From NCBI GenBank assembly GCA_039030515.1, contig JBCCEA010000028.1, positions 1-53,857 of the forward strand: DNA of 53,857 nucleotides, read 5' to 3'. The DNA comes from Myxococcota bacterium. Its GTDB lineage: Bacteria > Myxococcota_A > Polyangia > Polyangiales > Houyiibacteriaceae. Shown here one piece after another: positions 28,202 to 38,306 of this stretch; the stretch's first letter is position 1; each line of letters opens with the position of its first letter. The translations under genes were made by a program, and so were the position numbers. The notes under the pieces were generated by a model, which saw nothing but the letters and a program-made list of their open reading frames with translations, was not told the DNA's origin and searched no databases.

Positions 28202-29812
28202 TCAACATGCAGTCCTCTCGGCAGGCGGATTGCCCGTGGCCTGAAGCTCTATCCCGCGCATCGCCCGAGCCACAAACGCCGGGCCTACATCTTTGAGCAC
28301 GTGAAATACGGTAGTCGCACCTGCTTTTTTGAGCGCGTCTATCTCATCATCAAATCGAGCGGTTGCTGCGATAACCCCCTCGTATCCTTCGAGACGAAGC
28401 TGTCGAATGGCTACTCGATGCTCTTCGTGGGAGGACATCGCGAGCAAGACCGCTTCCACCTTTTCTTGATCCACGTGCAGTCGCTGCCAGATCTCCGCGT
28501 CGGTTGCGCTCGCTACGTAGACTCTTCGGCCAGCGGCTCGATGGGCTTGAATCCGCTCTTTATCGACATCGAAGCCGACCACCCGATCACCAAACCGCTC
28601 CCGCAGCGTATCAAAGGCAGGAGTCCCGACCCGCCCCATGCCGAAGACCAGCACCTTCGCGTTGCCTACGTCGACAGCCCGTTCTTCATCCACCGGAGGT
28701 TCCCGCTGCAGACGGTTGAGCGAGCTCCGCGCGCGCCGAAGCAACTCGAATGCAAACCCGTTGATCGTAGAACCTACAAAAAAACTCAAACCCACTGCGA
28801 TGGCGATGGCGATGAGCCACTGCTCGTCGAGAACGCCCTTGGTGGTCGCTGCCGCGACGACGATGAGTCCAAACTCGCTAAACGTGGTCAGGCTGGAAGA
28901 GGCGAGTAGCGCGGTTCTCGAGCGCAATCGAAACCCGGTAAGCAAGAGCAAGAATCCCAAGTTCTTTACGGGCAGCAAAATCAAGAGCAGAACGCCGATG
29001 ACTAGGGTCTCGAGTGTTGGCAGTCCGGTGAGACCGATCGTCAAAAAGAAGCCGACCAGGAACACCTCTTTGAGACTCAAAAGACTCGCAGAGAGTTCCT
29101 TGCTCTTGTTGTGACCGGCACAGAGGACACCTGCGGCAAGGGCGCCAAAATCTGATTTGAGGCCTACCGCATCAAAGAGGGCTGCCCCACCAAGCGCAGC
29201 GGCCAAACCCGCCAAAATAAGCAGCTCCCCATGGCCACAAAAACGAAGCGCCTGGGCGATCAAAGGACGGGTGAGCCAGAGCAGAGGTAGCCCGAGGGCA
29301 AGTGGACTGGGCCAGGCACCTTCAGAAAAGACGATAAAAAGAACGGCTGCAATGTCCTGCGCGATCAGGATGCCCACCGCGACTTCGCCATAAAAGGCGT
29401 TGATGTCGTCTCGACCCTCGAGCACCTTGACCGCAAATACTGTGCTCGAGAAGCTCAAAGCGAACCCCAAGGTCACGATCTCCGCGAGCTCCAAATCGGC
29501 CGCCAGAGCAAGCCCGACCTGGGCAAGCATCCAAAGAGGCGCGACGGCGACGAGGGTGGAGAGCGCCATGTGAACGAGGGCGCTGCCCGCAACGTAGCGG
29601 GTTGTGAGCAGCCTGAAGTCGAGCTTGATCCCGATCGCAAACAGTAGAAGCAGGATTCCGATGTGGGCGAGCTCACGAAGAGAGGCGTCAGGACGCAGAC
29701 CGTAGAGCTCGAGACCAAAGCCAGCGAAAAGAAAACCGAGAAGCGGCGGCTGTCTCAAGGCCCGAGCAATCACACCGCAGAGAAAAGCGGCTCCGATCCA
29801 TTGAAGTTCCAC
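28202..29812 (-). CDS. Cation:proton antiporter (CPA2, Kef-like) with a C-terminal TrkA-N/KTN domain
   Basis: GILLLLFAIGIKL; LSFSSTVFAVKVL; GILIAQDI; FSEFGLIV; KTN Rossmann motif VFGMGRVG. Confidence 0.92.
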   Translation of the reverse strand: MELQWIGAAFLCGVIARALRQPPLLGFLFAGFGLELYGLRPDASLRELAHIGILLLLFAIGIKLDFRLLTTRYVAGSALVHMALSTLVAVAPLWMLAQVGLALAADLELAEIVTLGFALSFSSTVFAVKVLEGRDDINAFYGEVAVGILIAQDIAAVLFIVFSEGAWPSPLALGLPLLWLTRPLIAQALRFCGHGELLILAGLAAALGGAALFDAVGLKSDFGALAAGVLCAGHNKSKELSASLLSLKEVFLVGFFLTIGLTGLPTLETLVIGVLLLILLPVKNLGFLLLLTGFRLRSRTALLASSSLTTFSEFGLIVVAAATTKGVLDEQWLIAIAIAVGLSFFVGSTINGFAFELLRRARSSLNRLQREPPVDEERAVDVGNAKVLVFGMGRVGTPAFDTLRERFGDRVVGFDVDKERIQAHRAAGRRVYVASATDAEIWQRLHVDQEKVEAVLLAMSSHEEHRVAIRQLRLEGYEGVIAATARFDDEIDALKKAGATTVFHVLKDVGPAFVARAMRGIELQATGNPPAERTAC

Positions 29813-29879
29813 AGCTGGCGCATCCTAACAGACCGGAATCCCCGAAGCTGCCGCAAGAGGGTTCAGGTAGGGGCAATGA

Positions 29880-31346
29880 TCACTCCCCTTGGCCCAGCGA
29901 GTATCCACGCACCCCGTCAAACTCGTAGAGATGCTCGGTCTTGATCACCTCAAGTCCGGCCTCGTGCAGCGCGCTGAGAAGACGCAAGATCTCGTCAAAT
30001 CCCAGCCCTGGATCCGCCGCCTGTTTTTTCTCGGCCGGCGAGGTCGATAAGAAGCGGCAGCGCCAGTGGTCGGTGCAGAAGGTTTCGGACATGCCGCCGG
30101 GATAGACTTTGACGCCCCGGTTGGTGACCATTTTCAATCGAAAGGACGACGGGGCGGCACGTTCGAGCAGGGCGCCTAAAGCATCCGGCTTTCGGTCGTC
30201 ACTGTTCCAGTCGAGAAAGACGTCGATGCCGACGAGCGTTTTTTTCGCGCGATTCGTTTTCGGCACCGCGACCTTGATACCTCCGGAGCGATACTGCACT
30301 CCACTGAGTTGGGTTGGTTTGCGCCCGAGCCGCTCGATGATCGCTTGGGTATAGGCCTCCGTACCGACTTGACTCTTGCTCAGCCCCTCCCGATAAACGT
30401 CTGCCGGGTGGATTCCGTCTTCAAGCGTGCAGAGCCACGCATGGGTGATCTCTTTGGCGATGTCCGCTTCGCCGAGGTGCACCAGCATTTGCGTCGCAGC
30501 GAGGAGCAACCCCGATGGATTGGCCACTCCTTTGCCGGCAATGTCGGGCGCTGAGCCGTGAACCGCCTCGAACATCGCGGCTTCACCTCCGATGTTGGCA
30601 GAGCCCGCGAGCCCCACCGAGCCCGCTATCTGCGATGCGATGTCGGAAAGGATGTCGCCGTAGAGATTCAGCGACACGATCACGTCAAAACGCTCGGGTT
30701 GCGCCGCAAGCCGGGCAGCCCCGATGTCGATGATCTGATGTTCGCTTTCGATATCCGAGTATTCCGCCGCAACCTGCTCGAACGTTCGGTGGAAGAGACC
30801 GTCGGTCAACTTCATGATGTTGTCCTTGGTCATGCAGGTCACTTTGCGACGCCCGTACGCTCTTGCGTATTCAAAGGCGTAGCGAACGATGCGCTCGGTG
30901 CCGGGCCGCGTGATCAGCTTCAGCACCTGGGTGACCTCCGGCGTCTGTTGATGCTCGATACCGGCGTACAGGTCTTCTTCGTTTTCGCGAATGATGACCA
31001 AATTCATACCGGGATGAGACGAGGCCACGAACGGGGCATACGACTTGGTGGGTCGGATGTTTGCGTAGAGATTTAGGGTCTTACGCAGGGTCACGTTGAG
31101 GCTTTTGTATCCCCCTCCCAGCGGGGTGGTAATCGGCGCTTTGAGCAAGACTTTATTTCGCCGGATCACATCCCAGCTTGCTGGCGCGATACCGGAAGTT
31201 TCACCCTCGAGAAAACAGCGCTCGCCCACCTCGATAAAGTCGTAGGAGAGCGGGGCCCCAGCGGCTTCGAGAATGCGCAGCGTCGCGTCCATGATTTCAG
31301 GCCCGATTCCATCCCCTCGAGCAACCGTGATCGTTGTCTGGCTCAT
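29880..31346 (-). CDS. icd: Isocitrate dehydrogenase, long form with C-terminal extension (probably NADP-dependent)
   Basis: GDGIGPEI; LKAPITTPLGGGYKSLNVTLRK; IRENEEDLYAGIEH; KDNIMKLTDGLF; NLYGDILSD; FEAVHGSAPDIAG; TNRGVKV; CTDHWRCRF; YSLGQGE. Confidence 0.96.
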   Translation of the reverse strand: MSQTTITVARGDGIGPEIMDATLRILEAAGAPLSYDFIEVGERCFLEGETSGIAPASWDVIRRNKVLLKAPITTPLGGGYKSLNVTLRKTLNLYANIRPTKSYAPFVASSHPGMNLVIIRENEEDLYAGIEHQQTPEVTQVLKLITRPGTERIVRYAFEYARAYGRRKVTCMTKDNIMKLTDGLFHRTFEQVAAEYSDIESEHQIIDIGAARLAAQPERFDVIVSLNLYGDILSDIASQIAGSVGLAGSANIGGEAAMFEAVHGSAPDIAGKGVANPSGLLLAATQMLVHLGEADIAKEITHAWLCTLEDGIHPADVYREGLSKSQVGTEAYTQAIIERLGRKPTQLSGVQYRSGGIKVAVPKTNRAKKTLVGIDVFLDWNSDDRKPDALGALLERAAPSSFRLKMVTNRGVKVYPGGMSETFCTDHWRCRFLSTSPAEKKQAADPGLGFDEILRLLSALHEAGLEVIKTEHLYEFDGVRGYSLGQGE

Positions 31347-31539
31347 GTGCGGCGTTCCCTTCTATGACGCAGGTCTCAGTTGAGCGCTGAAGTGCTCGCT
31401 CCCCGCCGGGGGGTAGCTTTCTCAATTTGGGGGATGGGGGCAAGAATCCTTCAACACCCCTGGGAGCGTTACATGGCCCGATCGACCGCTTTGTATCTTC
31501 GGAGGCTACCTCCGATGCGCGACACTTGACGTGGTCGGC

Positions 31540-32718
31540 CTACAGAGCGCCTGGAATGAATGGAACTGTGCGTCTACTGTCGAGCGGGCCGAGCCGATTG
31601 CCACCGAGCGGGCCGCAGACGACGGCACGGTTGTCCTCACTAAGACTGCACACAAACCGTGCATTCGGACTCACCGCTACCGGCCTGAACTTGCCCTCGC
31701 TATACGCCGCTGCTTGTTTCGGTAGAATCAGCTTGGCAAATGGCTGGCCGTTTCTTGAAGGATCCCGCAGAGAAACAACTCCATCCGCGTTAACGGTACA
31801 AATGTGGCCCATGGCAGTCCACAGCAGCTTTTGGGGACTATCACCAACGAGATCCACCACGGCATCCGTAACAAATTCTGGCTGTCGAGGACCTGCTTCT
31901 TCTTGAGAGACACAACTGTTGGGTTTGAAGAGACAGAGCTTCTGTCGTGTTGCCGCAGCGAGAACGTCGCCGGGACCAAAGGCGATATCCTGAAAATCTT
32001 CTGACCTTATGATTTGGCTCGCAGTTGAGCCACGGGTCTCTCGGGGATTGTTTTGATGCGACAAGTCGCTATGGATTTGATGCGACAAGTCGCTATGGAT
32101 TTGAATAGAACGGCTATCGCTAGATGACGTCGCGAAAAAATTGCCACTCGAACTGATACTTACTCTTTCATCAGTAAAAAATGATATCGACCGATAATCA
32201 AGCTTTTGAGCAGGCCTAATTGGTCCCGAATCGCTGGGGCAAACGATCTCATGAAGGATGATTAGGCTTTGGTTACTGCTTTTGTAAAGACACAGAAGAA
32301 CAGGATTAGGTTGGTCGCTGAGCGCCAGCTCCTCTAGTAAAAACGGCGGTCGGATATCGGTAGCTATCGGACTCCGCTGACCGGTATAAATATCGACAAT
32401 CTCGAGGAAGCCGTCCGAGTATCCGATGGCAGCGAAGCGATGATCTGAACTAAGCACCATCGCGCAAGCTTGTCCCGCAGAGGGAGCAGTAAATCTGCCC
32501 TGCAGAGTGGCTCGCAATGTTGGCTGGCTTTGTTGCAAAACCCAAAATGACAGGGTTCCTGAGATATCTCCCAAGACCAATACTGTATTGTGATCGGCGT
32601 CAGTATAAAATGCTGCGTCAAATATATTGGCGCTCTGCAGAGTATGTTTTGAACAAGGAACCTGGTGTCGTAAACGAGCCAGTTCAAACAGAGCGTTTTG
32701 ATAATCCATGCGATACAC
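31540..32718 (-). CDS. WD40/beta-propeller-like hypothetical protein
   Basis: Blade-like segments LGDISGTLSFW, SSDHRFAAIGYSDGFLEIVD, ISSSGNFFATSS, VAVSPNARFVCSLSED; 21-bp duplication QIHSDLSH. Confidence 0.6.
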   Translation of the reverse strand: MYRMDYQNALFELARLRHQVPCSKHTLQSANIFDAAFYTDADHNTVLVLGDISGTLSFWVLQQSQPTLRATLQGRFTAPSAGQACAMVLSSDHRFAAIGYSDGFLEIVDIYTGQRSPIATDIRPPFLLEELALSDQPNPVLLCLYKSSNQSLIILHEIVCPSDSGPIRPAQKLDYRSISFFTDERVSISSSGNFFATSSSDSRSIQIHSDLSHQIHSDLSHQNNPRETRGSTASQIIRSEDFQDIAFGPGDVLAAATRQKLCLFKPNSCVSQEEAGPRQPEFVTDAVVDLVGDSPQKLLWTAMGHICTVNADGVVSLRDPSRNGQPFAKLILPKQAAAYSEGKFRPVAVSPNARFVCSLSEDNRAVVCGPLGGNRLGPLDSRRTVPFIPGAL

Positions 32719-32917
32719 TACTTTCTAGCACGGAACCTCGCACTGTGCGACGGGCATCCGAGTCTTTGGGTTCTGAGTTGTTATTCGTTGCAGTAAGGAG
32801 TGGTTGCATTGAGCTAAATATGGCGCCGCCCTAGGTGTTCGCCCGTTACGGACTTGATGGATTCTTCGAAGCCACCATAAAATGGCACCCACATTTCTAG
32901 TGTGCATTTTGCATCCA

Positions 32918-33523
32918 ATGGCAAAACGAGTTCCCAAGAGTTTCTTTCAGCGAGACACCTGCGCCGTGGCCCAAATGCTGCTCGGGAAAGAGCTCGTTCG
33001 AGAGCAGATCCGGCTGCGTATTACGGAGGTCGAAGCGTACCTACCGGACGACAGTGCCTGCCACGCGCGCAGCGGCCCAACAAAGCGGAACGCGGCGATG
33101 TTCGGTCCCCCAGGACGGGCCTACGTCTACCTTTGCTACGGCCTGCATCACCTGCTGAACATCGCTACCGAGCCCGAGGGCGTAGGAGCCGCAGTACTCA
33201 TCCGAAGCTGCGAGCCCCTGACTGGACACGAAACGATCTACGCACGACGGGAAGGTAAAGCGGGCGCCCCAAAGGGACCGGCGCTCTTGACGGGTCCGGG
33301 CAAGGTGGGGCAGGCCCTCGGTGTCGACGTCAGCTGGAGCGGCCACCCTCTGTACCAAGCTGGCGGGCTCGAAATTCGTGAAGGCCCCCCTCCGGAGCAG
33401 AGATGCATCGGACCTCGGGTGGGCATCGGTTACGCCGATCCAGAGGATCGAGATGCGCCTCTACGCTTCGCCATCGCCAACACGCCTTGGGTAAGTCAGC
33501 GTAAAACACTCACCTTGGTCTAG
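32918..33523 (+). CDS. DNA-3-methyladenine glycosylase (MPG/AAG family)
   Basis: VAQMLLGKEL; RITEVEAY; DSACHA; MFGPPGRAYVYLCYGLHHLLN; AVLIRS; GPGKVGQALG; GPRVGI. Confidence 0.95.
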   Translation: MAKRVPKSFFQRDTCAVAQMLLGKELVREQIRLRITEVEAYLPDDSACHARSGPTKRNAAMFGPPGRAYVYLCYGLHHLLNIATEPEGVGAAVLIRSCEPLTGHETIYARREGKAGAPKGPALLTGPGKVGQALGVDVSWSGHPLYQAGGLEIREGPPPEQRCIGPRVGIGYADPEDRDAPLRFAIANTPWVSQRKTLTLV

Positions 33524-33617
33524 GACGAGCTCGTTCCCTGGCTTAGGGCGACCGCGTTTGTCGACGGGATCCGCTGTGGCTCTGAAACCGATGTGCCCTT
33601 GGTAAAGCAAAATAGAA

Positions 33618-34919
33618 TTAATGCGCCGGCAAGCCGTGAGTATCGCTATCTTTGCAGTCCTTCACTTCTTCGAGGAGCAGATCGCGGAGGGCGCTGTAGT
33701 CAAAGCTGTCTATTCGAACGGAGCCGCGACGGCGTTTGAGTCCGAGCAGCCGCAGTCGATGTCGGGTCAGTCTGTTCACGACGCGTGCATCGAGGAGCGA
33801 TCGAATGCTCGGTTGTTTGGGCAGAGCCGGTCGCTCGGCGATTTCTTCCAGAAAAGCAATGACGGAGTGGAACGTCCGGATTCCCCGCGAAGAAAACCAA
33901 TCGTTGGCCCATGCATCCCTCTCGGGCAAAGACGCGGGTTCCAGAAACGGCTCTAGGCTTTGCACCCAACCGTCGTCGAGCGGTAGCGTCTGCGCAAATC
34001 GCTCTTCTGCAGTGAGGGTAATGCCGGCAGCCCGCGTAGCGTGACGATCTAGGGCGAGATTCAGTCCGGGCACGTTCGCGAAATATGCATCGACCAATGC
34101 GCCACTGCGGGCCGCTATGACCAAATCGGCAAGTCGTATCAACGGGTCGATACTCCCTTCCCAGTTGACTACGACGTTGGGCATCGCAGCAAACGAAGCA
34201 AATTCGCGCTCATAACCGACGACCTTGGTCGGGTGGAGCCTAAGAATAAACAGCCATTTCGGATGCTTCGCGGCGATATACTCATAAAAGGAGAGGACTT
34301 TGTTCTTCAGGTCAGAAATGTACTGACAGGCCTCAAATCCATAGCAAAGAGGCAAATCGCCCCGCATCTCGCGTAACGCGTCAAGGTCCCAGTGCGCGGC
34401 GGGAAACGAATCGATGAGCAACACGCGTCGTTCGAATTGATGAAACGGGAACGGGTAGAGATTCATCAGTGCCTGCGGTTCGAGACCGGCATAGAAATCG
34501 TGGACTGCGTGTTTGATGGAGCCGCAAGCACGCAAACGCGTATGGTCGATCTTTGGGTTTTCCATCTGCAAGATTCGGCGTCCGGCGTCACCCCACGCAA
34601 TCCGACCATCGACCAGGCGAGACGCGACCTCATCGTCTAACCGAAAACGAAACAGCGACAAAGGGTTGAACATCTGTTCCCAAACTAGATTGATGTTTCG
34701 CTGTCTCTTTGTAAGCATAGAAAGCTTACCCATGTAGTGACCTAGTGAATCGCTGACGTTATCGACCACTAGATCGGGCAGAAAACGACGGTAGTCGGAT
34801 TCGATCGCAAAGGTATGGGACAAGAGCACTTCGTGTCCGCGACTCGTGAGCAACGATCCGAGAATCTCGAGCGCAATGCGTTCACGCTCCGGATGCTCTT
34901 CAACAAGCATGATCTTCAC
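33618..34919 (-). CDS. Surface carbohydrate biosynthesis protein (GT-B-like, possible nonulosonate transferase)
   Basis: Follows pseI. N-terminal VEEHPERERIALEIL; WGD; ILRLHP; IRLADLVIAARSGALVDAY. GTG 34919 has an AAGGA RBS (ORF open to 34997). Confidence 0.6.
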   Translation of the reverse strand: MKIMLVEEHPERERIALEILGSLLTSRGHEVLLSHTFAIESDYRRFLPDLVVDNVSDSLGHYMGKLSMLTKRQRNINLVWEQMFNPLSLFRFRLDDEVASRLVDGRIAWGDAGRRILQMENPKIDHTRLRACGSIKHAVHDFYAGLEPQALMNLYPFPFHQFERRVLLIDSFPAAHWDLDALREMRGDLPLCYGFEACQYISDLKNKVLSFYEYIAAKHPKWLFILRLHPTKVVGYEREFASFAAMPNVVVNWEGSIDPLIRLADLVIAARSGALVDAYFANVPGLNLALDRHATRAAGITLTAEERFAQTLPLDDGWVQSLEPFLEPASLPERDAWANDWFSSRGIRTFHSVIAFLEEIAERPALPKQPSIRSLLDARVVNRLTRHRLRLLGLKRRRGSVRIDSFDYSALRDLLLEEVKDCKDSDTHGLPAH

Positions 34920-35039
34920 CTGGTTGTTCCTTCTCTCAATTTTTGCAGTCTCGCGTACTAACCCAATGCCGGAGCCGCCCCACGCTGAGACACCCAACCC
35001 GACGATTCCAGAGATCGCTCGCAGGCAAAGGTAAGCGGT

Positions 35040-36104
35040 CTAACCCACCATAGACCAGTCGAGTGGTGTACCGCGCTTCAAGTCCCGAGTGGCAGTTCTT
35101 CCGATCACACCCTCGTAATGACGGCTGTGCAAACCATAGCCGGGCCGAATGACCCGGAGATTCGATGCGGTTAGAGGCTCTCCGGCGCGAACGTCTTCAA
35201 CCACAAATACCGAGCGTCGAAACACAAGGCCGGGACGCTCTTCTTCTGTGAGTCGATACTCGATAGATCCCAGGGATTCTTCAGCGATTCGAACGGACTC
35301 GACCATGAGCTTGAACTCATCCGGTTCGAGCGAAAACTTACTATCCGGTCCCTCGACCGCCCTGGATTTTGTGAAGTGTTTTTCGATGATGTGTGCGCCC
35401 TGTGCGACAGAAGCTATCGGCACCGCAACGCCCAAAGTATGGTCTGAAAGGCCAGTTACCACCGAGAAAGCCTGGGCCAGGTGAGGGATATTCCGGAGAT
35501 GAATAGAGCTCGGCGGAGCTGGATAGGCACTAGAGCACTGCAGCAGTGCGATCTCTTTTGCGCCTGCAGTACGGGCAGCACTAACCGCTTCATCGATCTC
35601 CGCAAGGGTCGCCATGCCGGTAGACATGATGATCGGCTTTCCGGTCCGCGCTACGTAGCGAATCAGCGGCAAATGAACCAACTCGAAGGAAGCGATCTTG
35701 TATGCGCCAACCCCCATGGCCTCCAGAAAGTCGACCGCAGTTTCGTCAAAAGGGGACGAGAAGACATGCACTCCGAGGTCGTCTCCGACGCGCTTTAGTT
35801 CAGGCTGCCACTTCCAAGGCGTATACGCTCTGCCGTAAAGTTGGTGTAGTGTTTCGCCGTCCCAAATGGTCCCAGAACCCAAACGAAAGTGCTCATTGTT
35901 ACATTCGATGGTGATCGTATCGGGCGTATAGGTCTGGAGCTTAATCGCGTCGGCCCCAGCCTCCTTCGCAAGGTGCATAAGCTCCACCGCTTGATCGAAA
36001 TCTTGATTGTGATTGGCACTCAGCTCCGCAATAATGTAGGCAGGTTCGCCAGGTCCTATTTTGCGACCATGGATGTTCAAATAGGCATTGTCGATCACGC
36101 TCAT
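35040..36104 (-). CDS. pseI: Pseudaminic acid synthase (NeuB family with C-terminal SAF domain)
   Basis: IIAELSANHN; ADAIKLQTYTPDTIT; AYTPWKWQ; FSSPFD; YKIASFE; STGMA; GLSDHT; IEKHF; DSKFSLEP; FRRSVF; RPGYGL. Confidence 0.9.
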   Translation of the reverse strand: MSVIDNAYLNIHGRKIGPGEPAYIIAELSANHNQDFDQAVELMHLAKEAGADAIKLQTYTPDTITIECNNEHFRLGSGTIWDGETLHQLYGRAYTPWKWQPELKRVGDDLGVHVFSSPFDETAVDFLEAMGVGAYKIASFELVHLPLIRYVARTGKPIIMSTGMATLAEIDEAVSAARTAGAKEIALLQCSSAYPAPPSSIHLRNIPHLAQAFSVVTGLSDHTLGVAVPIASVAQGAHIIEKHFTKSRAVEGPDSKFSLEPDEFKLMVESVRIAEESLGSIEYRLTEEERPGLVFRRSVFVVEDVRAGEPLTASNLRVIRPGYGLHSRHYEGVIGRTATRDLKRGTPLDWSMVG

Positions 36105-36117
36105 AAAATCCTCCCGG

Positions 36118-36936
36118 TCAAGGGGCTATTGAGGACTTGAGCCCTCGCGCTTGCTCGATCGTTGCGGAGGTATCGCTCTCAGCTTCGTCAACTGCTTCTA
36201 GAGCAAGCGAAACGTAAATCTTACGCCCACCTGAACGAAAATACGCCCCCCGATGAGGCGCAAACGTCCTGGCTCGGATGAGATCGATGAGATCGCGACC
36301 GGTATAGGTGCGGTCCAAATCGATCTCATCGATCTCATCCACGTCACGCTTGCGATGGAGTGATCCCCCGGGACCTTGAGACGTGCGTGAGGCAGTTCCC
36401 GCAACAAGCTTGGGCCAGGTGCTTCGGAAGAGGCAACATGACGCAGCTTCGAGCTTCGCGTAGAGGGACGCTCCCGTATCTTCCGGAGCAACCTCCACGG
36501 TTTCTTGCGACACTATATCTCCGGTGTCGATTTTGGCATCGATATGGTGCATCGTCACTCCTGCTGGAGCCCGCGTGACGATGCTCCACACGTTTGGGTA
36601 ACAGCCGCGACAGTGCGGCAAGAGAGACGGATGTAGATTGATGATTCCTTGTGGGAAGAGATCGATCATCGGTTTCCGAAAGATGTACCTAAAGTACACG
36701 CTTAGTCCGATCTGCGGCTCTAGCGAACTTAGGCGAGATACGACACCCGGATCGCGAAGAGTGCTCCCGTCCACAACGCTTTCTCGATCGATGCCGAGTG
36801 CTTCACGAATCTCATCAGCACATCGCGCATGTTCATTTGGGTGCAGTACAAGTGCTGCGATCTCCTCCGGTCTGGCAGCGAGAAAACGCGCAGCATCAAG
36901 CCCAACTGAACCATTTGCGAAAAGAACGTATCTCAT
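36118..36936 (-). CDS. Sugar N-formyltransferase (Fmt-like)
   Basis: IINLHPSLLPHCRGCYPNVWSI; GVTMHHIDAKIDTGDI; LIRARTFAPHRGAYF. Located in a glycan operon. Confidence 0.88.
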   Translation of the reverse strand: MRYVLFANGSVGLDAARFLAARPEEIAALVLHPNEHARCADEIREALGIDRESVVDGSTLRDPGVVSRLSSLEPQIGLSVYFRYIFRKPMIDLFPQGIINLHPSLLPHCRGCYPNVWSIVTRAPAGVTMHHIDAKIDTGDIVSQETVEVAPEDTGASLYAKLEAASCCLFRSTWPKLVAGTASRTSQGPGGSLHRKRDVDEIDEIDLDRTYTGRDLIDLIRARTFAPHRGAYFRSGGRKIYVSLALEAVDEAESDTSATIEQARGLKSSIAP

Positions 36937-36949
36937 AAAAAGACCATTT

Positions 36950-38161
36950 TTAACTCGCTATCTTCGACGCATTTTGGAATTCAGACTGTCGATCGAACGC
37001 ATCGATGCTTTGGATGATGTGGCGATACGTCGGCCAGAATCCGTCTCGACTGCGAGAAAAGACTCCGTAGGCGGCGAATGCCGCCTGGAGCAGCAACACC
37101 TCTGAAATGGTTAAGCCTTCGGTCCACGAACGTGTGGAGTTTTTGAAGACACCCGCAGTGCTCTGACTCGCAGTTCGAACGACCGAAGCTTGACCCAACG
37201 TGCTTGGACGCAAAAACGATGCGGAAAAATTAAGCTTGAGATACGCGCAAATGTTACGAATTTCCCCCTCAAGATTGCCTCCCACGAGCGATTCATATGA
37301 AACGAAGTGCGCGCCATGACTTCGTGCTACTTCAGGATAGCGGCTCGTAGTGCGCATGGTGGTGACCACTTGGGAGAGGACATCTCGAGGCGACATCGCA
37401 ACCCCGCGACGTCGTCGATCCAAAAGAATACTGCGAACGATCCATCGTGGGTCTCGGATAATGACAACGATCTTGCCGTTGGGAAACCAGCTTTTGAACA
37501 GCCCGAAGACCGCAAGCGGGTCGCCTCCCACTTCCTTCATAGCCCACGCAGTTGGGGACTCAGACGGTAGATTGAGTGCCTCGAAAAGAGCGTGAACATC
37601 GCGCTGTACAAGCTGCCGAAGTTCGGTCGGTGGCTGCCGCACGAGCTCGGCCATAGTGCTCAAGTAACGCGGAAGATTCACGCAACGTTCGCCTTCAGCC
37701 CTCGATAAATTTCCGATGCGTGTTTCTTCATGAATCTTTCGCCGCATAGGCCGCGAGAGAAACGGCTCCACGACTTCCGGGTCGACAGTGCGGTTGCGAT
37801 CCTTGAACCAACGTCTTCGGGCCTCCGAACAACTCGATACTGTGGACTCTGCATCATGAAGCCAAAAAGATGCCTTCAAGGGGTCGACAGAATTGGCGAG
37901 GTAGTCCACCACCATGTGCTGAGCATCGCGCCAGGGACGCCTGACCAGACTCTTTAGCTTGATTTCACTTGGGTAGACAAAAAGTCCCTGTTCGCCACCA
38001 AAAAGTGCTCCGTCAAGGAGGCTCATGAGCAAGGTCGTTCCGCTTTTGCGGCAACCGTAGAACAAGACCGGATTCTCAAGCCACGCGTTCTTAGGCTGGC
38101 TGGTCCACATCATCGAGGGATCGAGCATACTCAAAGAAGGCAACATAGCCCAGATTCCCAA
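36950..38161 (-). CDS. PAPS-dependent sulfotransferase family protein
   Basis: 5'-PSB-like YGCRKSGTTLL; 3'-PB IIRDPRWIVRS; FVSYESLV. True start is probably a downstream ATG (e.g. 38146). Confidence 0.85.
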   Translation of the reverse strand: MGIWAMLPSLSMLDPSMMWTSQPKNAWLENPVLFYGCRKSGTTLLMSLLDGALFGGEQGLFVYPSEIKLKSLVRRPWRDAQHMVVDYLANSVDPLKASFWLHDAESTVSSCSEARRRWFKDRNRTVDPEVVEPFLSRPMRRKIHEETRIGNLSRAEGERCVNLPRYLSTMAELVRQPPTELRQLVQRDVHALFEALNLPSESPTAWAMKEVGGDPLAVFGLFKSWFPNGKIVVIIRDPRWIVRSILLDRRRRGVAMSPRDVLSQVVTTMRTTSRYPEVARSHGAHFVSYESLVGGNLEGEIRNICAYLKLNFSASFLRPSTLGQASVVRTASQSTAGVFKNSTRSWTEGLTISEVLLLQAAFAAYGVFSRSRDGFWPTYRHIIQSIDAFDRQSEFQNASKIAS

Positions 38162-38306
38162 AACAGTTCAATGCCTTGCGAATAGAAATATCGAACGATT
38201 TGTACACTTGAAACGGCGATTCCCTAGTGATACTTAGCCAGCGGATTACGAAGCGAGATCGGGGCCAACCGAAGCACTAGGCCTCGCGGCCAACTGAATA
38301 CACGGC

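Noticed and set aside
32883..32898. Possible sigma-54 promoter TGGCACCCACATTTCT before the glycosylase gene
   Set aside because: The -24 element matches, but the invariant -12 GC is absent (TTTCT rather than TTGC).
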